Virus record (IMG/VR): IMGVR_UViG_3300028559_000005
Direction: 5' to 3' (one strand)
Source: a virus
Lineage: Duplodnaviria; Heunggongvirae; Uroviricota; Caudoviricetes
Length of the DNA: 64,000 nt
The translations under genes were made by a program, and so were the position numbers. Shown here piece after piece: positions 16,934 through 24,977 of this stretch (positions are counted from its first letter, which is position 1; every line of letters starts with the position of its first letter). A model generated the notes under the pieces. It was not told the DNA's origin. It made no database searches and worked only from the letters and a program-made list of their open reading frames with translations.

Positions 16934-17019
16934 CCATATAGAAACACACTCTGCATTTGAAATGCCGACTCCTTTTGCCAAGGTTGTAAACATCGCATTG
17001 CCAATGTGTTTTTATATGG
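16934..17019. repeat. hairpin element copy 1 (terminal inverted repeat CCATATAGAAACACAC ... GTGTTTTTATATGG)
   Basis: A 14-16-bp terminal stem encloses about 55 nt. A second copy with the same termini but a different interior is 240 bp away. Confidence 0.6.
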
Positions 17020-17172
17020 AGAGTCAAGCCAACTTGCCTTTCGTGCGCCTTACTAAGCAAATTATTGATGAACGTTGGGACCCGAACCCTTGCCTCATCT
17101 AGTCTCGCCGCTTATCTTGTCTTACTGCTACAATCCTTTTCGAAGGGATGTTTTCTTTTCGGATGCGACTTA

Positions 17173-17255
17173 CCATATAGAAACACACTAGTCGGAAACG
17201 ACTTAGAGACCTACTTGCCCACAGTCACGAAGGCTTCTAATATGTTTTTATATGG
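17173..17255. repeat. hairpin element copy 2 (same terminal inverted repeat)
   Basis: ccatatagaaacacac...tgtttttatatgg. Its end overlaps the ATG of plus-strand ORF 17252..17914. Confidence 0.6.
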
Positions 17256-17914
17256 TTAAAAATATTTTTAATCTGATAAATAACTATATGATAATACAAA
17301 ACTTTCTTAAAAGTCAATTCTATAAAAACAAATCACCTAACTTGATTAAGCTAGGATTTAACTATGATAATAGTGCCGAGACTGAATTTTTAAAAATTCA
17401 GTCTATGCTATATACTGAATATCATATTAAATGCGAATCTATGCTAACACTTATGAAACAATTTAGCATACCTAGTTCAAGAACTATGGACATTATTTTT
17501 AGACTGTTTGATATCGAGGCACGATCATTTTCAGAAAGTCAATCAAATGCAATAACAACTAATAGAGTTGTTATGCCAAGTAATACTAGATTCAAACATA
17601 TTTTCCATACTGCTTGGTTTGGAGAAATATTTTGTCTAAGATCATCATACGAAGAAGATTATGCCAAACTCCTCGATCAATCGCAAACAAAATATTTTGT
17701 AGAACACTTACGAATAAAATATTTTAACTCTAATCAGCAACGCTACAGAATAGCAATACCTGATTTTTATCTACCCGAAACTAACACTATCGTAGAAGTT
17801 AAATCTACTTACTGGTTAGACGAAACTGAAATGCGTGATAAGAAAGAAGCATATACCGCACTTGGATATAAATTCATTCTCAATCTAGAACATCGGTTAT
17901 TAGAAAATTGGTAG
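17252..17914 (+). CDS. hypothetical protein (220 aa), possible mobile nuclease
   Basis: Very AT-rich, opposite strand, inside the tRNA array. Weak PD-(D/E)xK-like IVEVKSTYW near the C-terminus. Confidence 0.35.
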   Translation: MVKNIFNLINNYMIIQNFLKSQFYKNKSPNLIKLGFNYDNSAETEFLKIQSMLYTEYHIKCESMLTLMKQFSIPSSRTMDIIFRLFDIEARSFSESQSNAITTNRVVMPSNTRFKHIFHTAWFGEIFCLRSSYEEDYAKLLDQSQTKYFVEHLRIKYFNSNQQRYRIAIPDFYLPETNTIVEVKSTYWLDETEMRDKKEAYTALGYKFILNLEHRLLENW

Positions 17915-17985
17915 GACCACTCGGATTCGAACCGAGAGCTTACACCTTAAAAGGGTGATGTTTTAACCGTTAAACTATGATCCCA
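17910..17985 (-). tRNA. tRNA-Lys (anticodon TTT)
   Basis: GGGATCATAGTTTAACGG... Anticodon arm CACCC-TTTTAAG-GGTG. T-arm CTCGG-TTCGAAT-CCGAG. Encoded CCA. Confidence 0.65.
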
Positions 17986-17988
17986 TAT

Positions 17989-18066
17989 TGGTCCCACACC
18001 ACGGGAATGATCCGTGTTCTTTCGGTTAAGAGCCGAGTGCATCACCTTAATGCTTGTGAGGGTTAG
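17989..18066 (-). tRNA. degenerate tRNA-like element (possible anticodon CTT), likely a pseudo-tRNA
   Basis: Acceptor CCCTCAC/GTGTGGG-A-CCA pairs at 6 of 7 positions. D stem GCAT/ATGC. The T-loop ATCATTC is non-canonical. The anticodon stem is imperfect. Confidence 0.3.
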
Positions 18067-18210
18067 TTGTATTAAATTGATTTAATGTGCCAACCCTAGA
18101 CCAATACGGGATCTAGAGCGACACTAGCGTTTTGCACGTTTCATGTCATTACCTCTTTGTGTTTAAGTTTATATTATACAACCTTTTACAGTAGTTGTCA
18201 ACTGTTTTTT

Positions 18211-18285
18211 TGGTTGCCACGGACAATTTCGAAATGTCGACTTATCGCTTATCAAGCGATTACTCTACCTCTGAGTTACGCGGCA
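18211..18285 (-). tRNA. tRNA-Ile (anticodon GAT)
   Basis: Acceptor TGCCGCG/CGTGGCA. Anticodon arm ATCGC-TTGATAA-GCGAT. Encoded CCA. Confidence 0.65.
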
Positions 18286-18290
18286 ATATT

Positions 18291-18368
18291 TGGCACCACC
18301 TGAGAGATTCGAACTCCCAACCCCTGCGTTCGTAGCACAGTGCTCTGATCCAATTGAGCTAAAGCGGT
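18291..18368 (-). tRNA. tRNA-Arg (anticodon ACG)
   Basis: Strong similarity to E. coli tRNA-Arg(ACG): TAGCTCAATTGGATCAGAGC, anticodon loop CTACGAA, T-arm GGGAG-TTCGAAT-CTCTC. Encoded CCA. Confidence 0.7.
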
Positions 18369-18444
18369 AAAGAAACAGTCCAGAGGCTCTCTAAATCTAA
18401 TAGAGCAAACACTCAGTCAAAGTGAGTGACGCATGGACATGACT

Positions 18445-18523
18445 TGGTTGCGGGGGGAGGATTCGCACCTCCGATCTCCAGCTTATGAGACTGGCGGGGA
18501 CGACTAGACTCCCCTACCCCGCG
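18445..18523 (-). tRNA. initiator tRNA-fMet (anticodon CAT)
   Basis: CGCGGGG...CCCCGCAACCA acceptor with the hallmark C1xA72 mismatch, as in E. coli tRNAfMet. Anticodon loop CTCATAA. Confidence 0.65.
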
Positions 18524-18529
18524 ATAACT

Positions 18530-18603
18530 TGGTGCCCCATGAGAGAATCGAACTCCCGCCAACGGATTACAAAACCGTCATAATGCCATTATACTAATGG
18601 GGC
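18530..18603 (-). tRNA. tRNA-Thr (anticodon TGT)
   Basis: GCCCCATTAGTATAATGG... Anticodon arm ACGGT-TTTGTAA-TCCGT. T-arm GGGAG-TTCGATT-CTCTC. Encoded CCA. Confidence 0.65.
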
Positions 18604-18608
18604 TTGTT

Positions 18609-18687
18609 TGGCTCCGCATCTGGGTGACGATCCCAGCTAACCATGGATTAACAGTCCAGCCCATGCACCACGCTCGGGTTCTGCGGA
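18609..18687 (-). tRNA. tRNA-like, probable tRNA-Asn (anticodon GTT), with atypical D and T loops
   Basis: Acceptor TCCGCAG/ATGCGGA-G-CCA. Anticodon loop CTGTTAA. The T-loop ATCGTCA is non-canonical. Confidence 0.4.
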
Positions 18688-18983
18688 ATAGTATTTTATA
18701 TATCTCTTGAGTGGTGATACAGAAAATTTCAGTCACTGTGCTGACATCAACTATATCTCCATATTGAATTTGTAAGTTGTTCCACCACATTATAGGAACC
18801 ATTCACCCGAATTAACAAGCTCGAGCGGGATTCGGTACGTTACTTGGGATTCATCCAGCATGTCCACCGTTTGGAACTAACTCCCTTTCGAGGGCCGGGG
18901 ATTCGAACCCCTTACCTTTTACTATATTGGTCCTTCGAAGTAACCTTTATAGCGTGACTTCACTTGCTAACACTTACAAAACT

Positions 18984-19059
18984 TGGTACACCCTGTTGGA
19001 ATTGAACCAACTTCCACGGCTCTTCAGGCCGCCGCTATGACCACATCAGCTAAAGGTGC
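18984..19059 (-). tRNA. tRNA with anticodon GAA (second Phe-like copy)
   Basis: Acceptor GCACCTT/AGGGTGT-A-CCA. Anticodon arm GCGGC-CTGAAGA-GCCGT. T-arm GTTGG-TTCAATT-CCAAC. Confidence 0.5.
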
Positions 19060-19066
19060 ATTATAT

Positions 19067-19156
19067 TGGCGGAACGACTGAGACTCGAACTCAGAAGCCC
19101 ACTTTCGTGAGCCGACAGATTAGCAATCTGCTCCGATACCATTACGGGACCGTTCC
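19067..19156 (-). tRNA. tRNA-Ser (anticodon GCT), type II
   Basis: 90 nt. 3-bp D stem. Anticodon arm GCAGA-TTGCTAA-TCTGT. Long variable arm. T-arm TCTGAGTTCGAGTCTCAG. Encoded CCA. Confidence 0.65.
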
Positions 19157-19161
19157 TTAAT

Positions 19162-19238
19162 TGGTCTGCGCTGTAGGATTCGAACCTACGACCCCTTGGT
19201 TCCAGGCCAAGAACTCTACCAGACTGAGCTAAACACAG
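19162..19238 (-). tRNA. tRNA, anticodon ambiguous (TGG or CTG; loop CCTGGAA lacks U33)
   Basis: Acceptor CTGTGTT/AGCGCAG-A-CCA. D arm GCTCAGTCTGGTAGAGT. T-arm GTAGG-TTCGAAT-CCTAC. Confidence 0.45.
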
Positions 19239-19246
19239 ATTAAACT

Positions 19247-19320
19247 TGGAGCGGGATATCAGAATCGAACTGATGACGGAAGATTGGAAATCTACAGTTT
19301 TACCATTAAACTAATCCCGC
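19247..19320 (-). tRNA. tRNA-Gly (anticodon TCC)
   Basis: GCGGGAT...ATCCCGC-T-CCA acceptor. Anticodon loop TTTCCAA. Resembles E. coli tRNA-Gly(UCC). Confidence 0.65.
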
Positions 19321-19327
19321 ATAAACT

Positions 19328-19402
19328 TGGTGGACCGTAAGAGAATCGAACTCTTACCTGAGACGTGCAAAGCCCCTGTGCTACCATTATCACTAACAGC
19401 CC
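19328..19402 (-). tRNA. tRNA-Ala (anticodon TGC)
   Basis: Acceptor GGGCTGT with G3:U70. Anticodon arm GGGGC-TTTGCAC-GTCTC. T-loop TTCGATT. Encoded CCA. Confidence 0.6.
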
Positions 19403-19683
19403 ATTATTGAAACACATTTGAACCTTTCTTCAGTGCTGTGGACACTATCTCCCATTCCAAGAGGGCGTTAGGTATGTGCTTCAATAATGGTGCTGGTTAC
19501 TTTCTCCAGCGTACACTAACGGGGTACAGTCTTATTCATCCGGACGCCAGGCAGGAACAACCCTTGCCATAACCGTTTGCGACTAACGGACCTAAGGTGG
19601 TTTTGGCGGTCTTAGGGGGTAACGATCCCCACTCTTACGGCGTGACAAGCCGTCGTGCGTCCATGAACACTTTAAGACCAAAT

Positions 19684-19768
19684 TGGTGGAGAATACTGGG
19701 ATCGAACCAGTCATGACCTAAGTCGGAGGATTTACAGTCCCCTGCCACACCATTGCGGCGGATTCTCC
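19684..19768 (-). tRNA. tRNA-Tyr (anticodon GTA), type II
   Basis: Acceptor GGAGAAT/ATTCTCC. Anticodon arm GGGGA-CTGTAAA-TCCTC. Long variable arm. T-arm ACTGG-TTCGATC-CCAGT. Encoded CCA. Confidence 0.65.
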
Positions 19769-19850
19769 ATGTACTAATGACAGGACGCGGCTCCGTAGGC
19801 CCTTCGTTTAAGAGTACGCATGGACTCGACTGCGACTCTCCTATAAAACT

Positions 19851-19925
19851 TGGTAGAGCATAGCGGAATCGAACCGCTCTTAGTGGACTGAAAACCCACT
19901 GTCCTAACCGATAGACGAATGCTCC
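19851..19925 (-). tRNA. tRNA-Glu (anticodon TTC)
   Basis: Acceptor GGAGCAT/ATGCTCT. Anticodon arm GTGGG-TTTTCAG-TCCAC. T-arm GAGCGGTTCGATTCCGCT. Encoded CCA. Confidence 0.6.
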
Positions 19926-20257
19926 ACTATATGAAAACAAACAAGGAACCATTGTGCATCTTCGTCTACCCTATGCAACGTCTACATAGGGCCTGCACGG
20001 TCATCACTGCCTACATTCTCCGCCGCTACTCCGAACTCCCCGGCACTAAATCCGGATCAACGTCCTGCTTCATGAACTCTGACTATTGAGCGTGGGCGGC
20101 CCCACGTTGCTCGCACAAAGTTCCTAACGGTGTAGGTAACCTTATTTGTTTACATATAGTGCCCGGGTCTGACCCGAGTACACTATACAAAAAATTAACT
20201 TTTTAAGGAACATACAAAGTAGTCTCTATCAACTGTCTTTGTTTCTAACTAGTCTCT

Positions 20258-20286
20258 AGTATAACACCTAGTGCGATACTGGTCAA
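20258..20286 (-). promoter_or_regulatory. sigma70-type promoter, copy 1 of a tandem pair, firing into the tRNA array
   Basis: Minus strand reads TTGACC-(17 nt)-TATACT. It sits within the 48-bp direct repeat 20248-20295. Confidence 0.5.
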
Positions 20287-20352
20287 CTTGTTTTGCAAAA
20301 CCCTACAACTTGGAAGGACTTTGCAACTCTTGTTGCTTTCTGACTAGTCTCT

Positions 20353-20381
20353 AGTATAACACCTAGTGCGATACTGGTCAA
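20353..20381 (-). promoter_or_regulatory. sigma70-type promoter, copy 2 of the tandem pair
   Basis: Identical TTGACC-N17-TATACT inside the second copy of the direct repeat (20343-20390). Confidence 0.5.
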
Positions 20382-20426
20382 CTTGTTTTGTAATGCCCTT
20401 TCAATATAAAGGGTCTTTGTTGTTTG

Positions 20427-20466
20427 GCAGACGTGCCAGGGCTCGAACCTAGAACGAATAATGGCA
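20427..20466 (-). pseudogene. tRNA 3'-half remnant (T-arm, acceptor 3' strand, CCA)
   Basis: RNA-sense CTAGG-TTCGAGC-CCTGG-CACGTCT-G-CCA directly 3' of tRNA-Gln. No 5' half. Confidence 0.4.
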
Positions 20467-20534
20467 GAGGGTAATGGAATCGAACCATTAATAGCGGAAT
20501 CAAAATCCGCTGTTATACCATTTAACTAACCCCC
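20462..20534 (-). tRNA. tRNA-Gln (anticodon TTG)
   Basis: Acceptor GGGGGTT/ACCCTCT-G-CCA. Anticodon arm GCGGA-TTTTGAT-TCCGC. T-arm AATGG-TTCGATT-CCATT. Confidence 0.6.
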
Positions 20535-20558
20535 AACAGAACAATTATCAAAATGCCA

Positions 20559-21323
20559 TCAGAGCATTTTTTTTCTTGGATGAAATACCACTGGCTCGAA
20601 ATCAAATACGCCAGGGCAAAATTCACATTGATCAATGTGTTGATGTCTTGTATTAACAAAGTCCACTAACTGTTGCTCAGTACAGTCAGCATTTAATGGT
20701 TGATACTGTGACAACAACTGTTCTTGCCTTGAATCCATGATTACTGATTGTTGTGTACGAAATTCTGGCAACACTGCCATCACAGGACACTTATACAGTT
20801 GTCCTTTGAATATAGTGTGACTATGCCGCATGGTACAGGCATTAAATGCAGTTATTGGATCACTGTTATGCACAGCAAATACATCACCTTGCGGGATTAT
20901 TGCAGCCGGGGTAAATTCTGTATTGTCAATGAGGTTACCCCATTGTCGTTCCAATGCAGGACGCATCTCTGGTCGATGTAAACTTACACCCCATCCCACA
21001 CGGTATTTACTATAAGAGACAAGACTTTTTGCTACCTTTGTGTTGGTACCATTACTCTGTATCATGATTGTGGTTTCTGGCCACAATCTACGAAGATTTA
21101 CTATCCAAGTTTCTAGTTCAGGATGCAAGCTGGGCTCACCACCAATGATAGTAATCATTGGTGCATTAATCCTCTGACTCCAGGCAGTTACAGCATCAGC
21201 TGAATCTTCCCAATAGTAGTGACCACGAAAATCGTGATCATTGAATCTATTACAGTTAGTACAGGCTAAATTGCATTGATTAGTGATGTAAAACTCTATC
21301 ACCGAGTTTAAGAATACGGGCAT
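20559..21323 (-). CDS. radical SAM domain protein (254 aa)
   Basis: CNLACTNC CxxxCxxC cluster at the N-terminus. IIGGEPSLHPE GGE motif. C-terminal Cys pairs (CEFCPG). Confidence 0.6.
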   Translation of the reverse strand: MPVFLNSVIEFYITNQCNLACTNCNRFNDHDFRGHYYWEDSADAVTAWSQRINAPMITIIGGEPSLHPELETWIVNLRRLWPETTIMIQSNGTNTKVAKSLVSYSKYRVGWGVSLHRPEMRPALERQWGNLIDNTEFTPAAIIPQGDVFAVHNSDPITAFNACTMRHSHTIFKGQLYKCPVMAVLPEFRTQQSVIMDSRQEQLLSQYQPLNADCTEQQLVDFVNTRHQHIDQCEFCPGVFDFEPVVFHPRKKML

Positions 21324-21549
21324 TGATTATTTACGCATTCTCAATAGGAATGCGTATATTAAAACAAACTGTCATCACCACCATACTTCTCCGTTTTACA
21401 GGAGACATGTCTGTCCAGTTTGCTTTAATATGACGAATTTTTTTATCTACAAGAAGATAAGCCATCCTCGCCACCGCCCGTTTGCCCCGTGTTTAAAGTG
21501 CAGGGCCCAGTCCTCGTTACTGGTATACTTCACACTATTTTTACTACTC

Positions 21550-21587
21550 TACAAAACAAAAAACCCCAGGGTGTTTAGTCCTGGGGT
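21550..21587 (-). terminator. rho-independent terminator (minus strand)
   Basis: Perfect 8-bp stem ACCCCAGG/CCTGGGGT with a 9-nt loop, followed on the minus strand by TTTTTTGTTTTGT. Confidence 0.6.
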
Positions 21588-21830
21588 CCTTGGATGTTGA
21601 GTATGCTATTTTGTTATACTCGGTCTCCTTGGACCCAGGCCCCACGATCATAATTCATCTCAATCGCAAACCACAAGGCGGGGCAGGTGCCCTGACTTGG
21701 TGTCAGTGATTTGAGTGTTAAATGATGTATCGAGTGTGTCATAGCATGTATTTTATATGTTTATTTATACCTTGTCAACCTTTAAGATTACTTTTTTTAG
21801 CGTTTTTTGGCAAAAAAGTTACGAATATTT

Positions 21831-22037
21831 TTATTTTGACTCTGCTGCTTCTAACGCATCAGCAGCTTCTTCCAGCAGATCAGCAATGCGGTCAGGCGCA
21901 CCTTCCGCGACACTTTTACGTGAACTGATCTGCCGACGAATCTCAGCTCGCTTGCGCAGACGAAAAATCAAACTTTGTTCACTCACAGGCAAATGGCTTT
22001 CATCTTTCATGCTGCCTCCAGATAGTTGCGTACCCAC
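21831..22037 (-). CDS. hypothetical small protein (68 aa)
   Basis: ORF only. Overlaps the downstream ligase-like gene by 31 nt. Confidence 0.3.
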   Translation of the reverse strand: MGTQLSGGSMKDESHLPVSEQSLIFRLRKRAEIRRQISSRKSVAEGAPDRIADLLEEAADALEAAESK

Positions 22038-22909
22038 GTCAGTCGTTCTTGTTCAGTCTTTGCAGTATATGCTTCTATATCTGCTTGGATGGCAGCAAGC
22101 AAAGGATAATATTCTTCTTCAATTTGCTGCTTGAAATCCTCACGCATCAACTTGTCAGTGTTGGGATTACGAGCAACCCACTTCGAAGTCAAGTAGTAAG
22201 GACTCTTGATTTTGGCACTCACGCCATCTTGGGTATAGAATACATAACCTTCGTGACGACATTCTTTAGTCATCTGTTTGAGTTCCCCTAGACTAACTCT
22301 ATATACTTCGGGAACATAGCAGTTGAATACAGTTCCCATTATTTTGAGAACTTCAGGGCTGTGTCCAATACGACTACACCATTTGTTGTCACGAAGACCT
22401 AGTACATACATACCAGCCTTTTCAGGACAGATGTGCGGATCGTCAGGATGAACACACTCAAACATTACAGTTAGTCCTTGCATGTCGGCACTGGCAAACG
22501 CCAACTGCCAATCAGCCCATGACATGTGAGTTAGCATCATTTCCTTGGCCAGGCCAACAAATGGGCTGTCGGTACTACCGGTAGTAGAAACTAATACATC
22601 ACCGTTAACCCACGTACAAGCAACCATAAAGCCGTTAACTTTACGGTATGCGATTACTTCAGTGTTATCTGACAGCACAGGTGATTCTTTTTCAATACCA
22701 TAGTTGTAGATCTTTGTAAATGGATATGTAACTAGGTTAAAATCCTTGTCTACAATAGATCCACGACATTCGGCAATATATTTGTTCCACAGGTTCTTAT
22801 AAAATACAGTTTTTTTGTATTTCAAAACAAAGATACCGTCACCAGCTGGTTTCATCGAAACCAACTTAGGATTGTCGGCTACATATTGCTTCAATTCATC
22901 TTTAAACAT
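22007..22909 (-). CDS. putative RNA ligase / nucleotidyltransferase-superfamily protein
   Basis: Candidate KxNG motif I (AYRKVNGFMV) and later acidic/His segments. Sits within the RNA-repair neighbourhood. Assignment is tentative. Confidence 0.35.
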   Translation of the reverse strand: MFKDELKQYVADNPKLVSMKPAGDGIFVLKYKKTVFYKNLWNKYIAECRGSIVDKDFNLVTYPFTKIYNYGIEKESPVLSDNTEVIAYRKVNGFMVACTWVNGDVLVSTTGSTDSPFVGLAKEMMLTHMSWADWQLAFASADMQGLTVMFECVHPDDPHICPEKAGMYVLGLRDNKWCSRIGHSPEVLKIMGTVFNCYVPEVYRVSLGELKQMTKECRHEGYVFYTQDGVSAKIKSPYYLTSKWVARNPNTDKLMREDFKQQIEEEYYPLLAAIQADIEAYTAKTEQERLTWVRNYLEAA

Positions 22910-22910
22910 T

Positions 22911-23114
22911 TTATCTACCTACAGTAATCATTCGAACCCGTAATGCGTTCAGATTAGTTTGGATATCAGTCAACTCAGTCAATGCTTTGGTGTAATGACC
23001 ATTGGGGTGTTTGTCGTGTCCTAGTTTGCGATCCACACCCATGGCCATCTTTGTCGCGGCAATAGCTGTGTCAACTGCTTCAATACGTGCTTCAAGTTTT
23101 TCTAAATCTGTCAT
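22911..23114 (-). CDS. hypothetical small protein (67 aa)
   Basis: Preceded by the conserved GGAGTTGAAGAATG initiation motif. Confidence 0.4.
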   Translation of the reverse strand: MTDLEKLEARIEAVDTAIAATKMAMGVDRKLGHDKHPNGHYTKALTELTDIQTNLNALRVRMITVGR

Positions 23115-23144
23115 TCTTCAACTCCAAAATGTTTTCTGATCGTA

Positions 23145-23447
23145 TTAAAGTTTATCATAATAATCTCTAATAGCACTTAGGCCAGTCTTGGCTGGTCCGC
23201 CTTTTTTAGTCTCACTAAGTGATAATGCACTTAATACATCTTCCTCACTGAGGTTGTACTTTTTCATGATCTCCTGAGATTCAGTTCGTGCTTGAAAAAT
23301 CAAAATCTCTCGTGCCTGCGCTTTTTCAATTTGAACAGTCAGGGCCGCTGCCTTTTCTGTAGAAGCCTTGATGTTTGCCTTAAGGACTTCAAGAGCAGTG
23401 TTCATCTCTCTTAAAGATGGTATGGAATTCATGTTAGTATTGTTCAT
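23145..23447 (-). CDS. hypothetical small protein (100 aa)
   Basis: Preceded by the conserved initiation motif. Coiled-coil-like. Confidence 0.4.
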   Translation of the reverse strand: MNNTNMNSIPSLREMNTALEVLKANIKASTEKAAALTVQIEKAQAREILIFQARTESQEIMKKYNLSEEDVLSALSLSETKKGGPAKTGLSAIRDYYDKL

Positions 23448-23479
23448 TCTTCAACTCCGAAATCTAATTCATTTTGTTC

Positions 23480-23639
23480 ATTAGCCTTGGAATCCAGTGA
23501 CTTGTTCAAATAGTTCCAGAAAGTCTAGGTCACTGAGTGTGGCAATCTCGTCCGGGCTGATGCTAAACTCTGTGGCCAGAGTGGTGTCATCTACGGAGAA
23601 CAGGATACGCTCAGTCATCATTTCACGCAGTGTCATTCT
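23480..23639 (-). CDS. hypothetical small acidic protein (about 52 aa)
   Basis: Hand-translated MTLREMMTERILFSVDDTT...GFQG. Starts at the ATGA junction with the upstream paralog. Below the ORF-track cutoff. Confidence 0.3.
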
Positions 23640-23854
23640 TCAACTCCAAAATGTTGTTTTAACGCATTAACATATTGACCATGTATCTCACCATCATCAA
23701 TATTCCAATATACTCGGGCACATTCCCGCACAATCAACTCGGCGAACTTTTCCAAATCTCTCTCACTAAAATACACAGCAGACGGCATATTCCAATCGCC
23801 ATGCTCCCAATGTGCTCCAGCCTTGACAGCAAGTTTACCAATTCGTTCGTTCAT
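23633..23854 (-). CDS. small paralog family member P1 (MNERIGKLA...KFAELIVRECA...HFGVEE)
   Basis: Shares N-terminal, central and C-terminal signatures with seven other ORFs in this window. Confidence 0.55.
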   Translation of the reverse strand: MNERIGKLAVKAGAHWEHGDWNMPSAVYFSERDLEKFAELIVRECARVYWNIDDGEIHGQYVNALKQHFGVEE

Positions 23855-23855
23855 A

Positions 23856-24362
23856 CTATGCTCCTACAATGCTGCGGGCTTGCGCCATCAATGTGGCATC
23901 ACCGCGGGTTAATACTTCTAACAACATACGCTTTTCTTCCAAATACACTTTTGCGAATGCAGGGTCGTGTGCCATGATGCTGCGGCTGTTGGCAATTAAG
24001 TCGGCCAACTTCACTGTAGCTGCCGCTGCAGGTGCCATTGCAGTATGTTCACGGTCGATGGCTTTGCGAACAGCCCTGTTGCCTTGTTCTGGAGTACTGA
24101 CATCAGTCAACCACCCAACTAACTCAGCAACTTCGTTGCCAAACTCTGCTTGGATATCCACAATGGTCACACCAGTATCTTCCACGGTGTCGTGCAACCA
24201 AGCAGCAGCCAACATCTCATCAGTATGAGGCACAGTGGCAACAATACTGGCAACTTCAGCAGGATGCACAATGTAAGATTCAAATGTGTACTTTCGTACT
24301 TGTTTAACCGCAGCATGAGCAGCGGTAGCAAATACTCGGGCTCGCTCTACTATGGTCATCAC
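23856..24362 (-). CDS. HD-domain phosphohydrolase, RelA/SpoT-type (p)ppGpp hydrolase-like
   Basis: HD motif [14 protein letters not shown] matches the SpoT/Mesh1 hydrolase signature (LHDxxEDT). 168 aa single-domain protein. Confidence 0.55.
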   Translation of the reverse strand: MMTIVERARVFATAAHAAVKQVRKYTFESYIVHPAEVASIVATVPHTDEMLAAAWLHDTVEDTGVTIVDIQAEFGNEVAELVGWLTDVSTPEQGNRAVRKAIDREHTAMAPAAAATVKLADLIANSRSIMAHDPAFAKVYLEEKRMLLEVLTRGDATLMAQARSIVGA

Positions 24363-24388
24363 GTGCTCCTTTGTTGGTCTATGTGTGT

Positions 24389-24417
24389 ATTATAACAAAA
24401 CGAGCAATACCGGTCAA
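24389..24417 (-). promoter_or_regulatory. sigma70 consensus promoter (TTGACC-N17-TATAAT) for the HD hydrolase gene
   Basis: Minus strand: TTGACCGGTATTGCTCGTTTTGTTATAATA, followed by AAAGGAG and ATG. Confidence 0.6.
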
Positions 24418-24427
24418 CCAAAATTAT

Positions 24428-24976
24428 TCACACATGATGACCTTTGATTGCGCCCTTTAGACCAATTCGAATAGCTTCGTCCATAGAGATAGCAATCATA
24501 CCAGTTGCGTCCATGCCCACATCCACACAACGATATCGTTCCATTCCGCTGATGCCACCGTGCAGGTGTCCATGCAAGTGAACCGCACCGCGATGCATTT
24601 GATCCCATTCTGCAATAGGATAATGAAACATCACAACTTTGGTTTCGTTGAACTGCACATCCAGATACTTGTGGATTTCTGTGAAACAGTTGCGAAACGC
24701 AGAATCTTGTAAAGTCTTGCGGTCGTGGTTGCCTTCGACCAAGATCTTATATCCATTGCACCTCTGCATGTATTCTGCTGCTTTTTGAGCAGGCAAGAAT
24801 GCCACATCGCCTAGAATGTATACAGTGTCTTCAGGAGCAATCAAGTCGTTCCATTCTTTAACCATTTGCTCGTTCATATAGTTTACGTCATTGCGAAACC
24901 TTGCACGTGACTGGGGACAAAAACTCATGATATTTTTATGCCCGAAATGGAGATCACTGGTTATCCAATTTTTCAT
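24428..24976 (-). CDS. calcineurin-like metallophosphoesterase
   Basis: SDLHFGH and VEGNHD metallophosphatase motifs. The start is taken at the internal MKNW (ATGA overlap with the upstream ORF). The ORF track extends it to 25081. Confidence 0.6.
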   Translation of the reverse strand: MKNWITSDLHFGHKNIMSFCPQSRARFRNDVNYMNEQMVKEWNDLIAPEDTVYILGDVAFLPAQKAAEYMQRCNGYKILVEGNHDRKTLQDSAFRNCFTEIHKYLDVQFNETKVVMFHYPIAEWDQMHRGAVHLHGHLHGGISGMERYRCVDVGMDATGMIAISMDEAIRIGLKGAIKGHHV

Positions 24977-24977
24977 A

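Larger units (their letters stand above)
20248..20390. repeat. two perfect 48-bp direct repeats (actagtctctagtataacacctagtgcgatactggtcaacttgttttg) spaced 95 bp apart
   Basis: Exact duplication seen in the sequence. Each copy carries a promoter-like -35/-10 on the minus strand. Confidence 0.8.

Noticed and set aside
18869-18900. Complete tRNA at the GGGGTTCGAATCCCC hairpin
   Set aside because: I could not pair an acceptor stem or find D/anticodon arms within 100 nt. Left as an unexplained T-arm-like hairpin.
20248-20390. 48-bp direct repeats as attachment sites or a CRISPR fragment
   Set aside because: There are only two copies, each containing a minus-strand TTGACC-N17-TATACT promoter just upstream of the tRNA array. 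Interpreted as a duplicated promoter.
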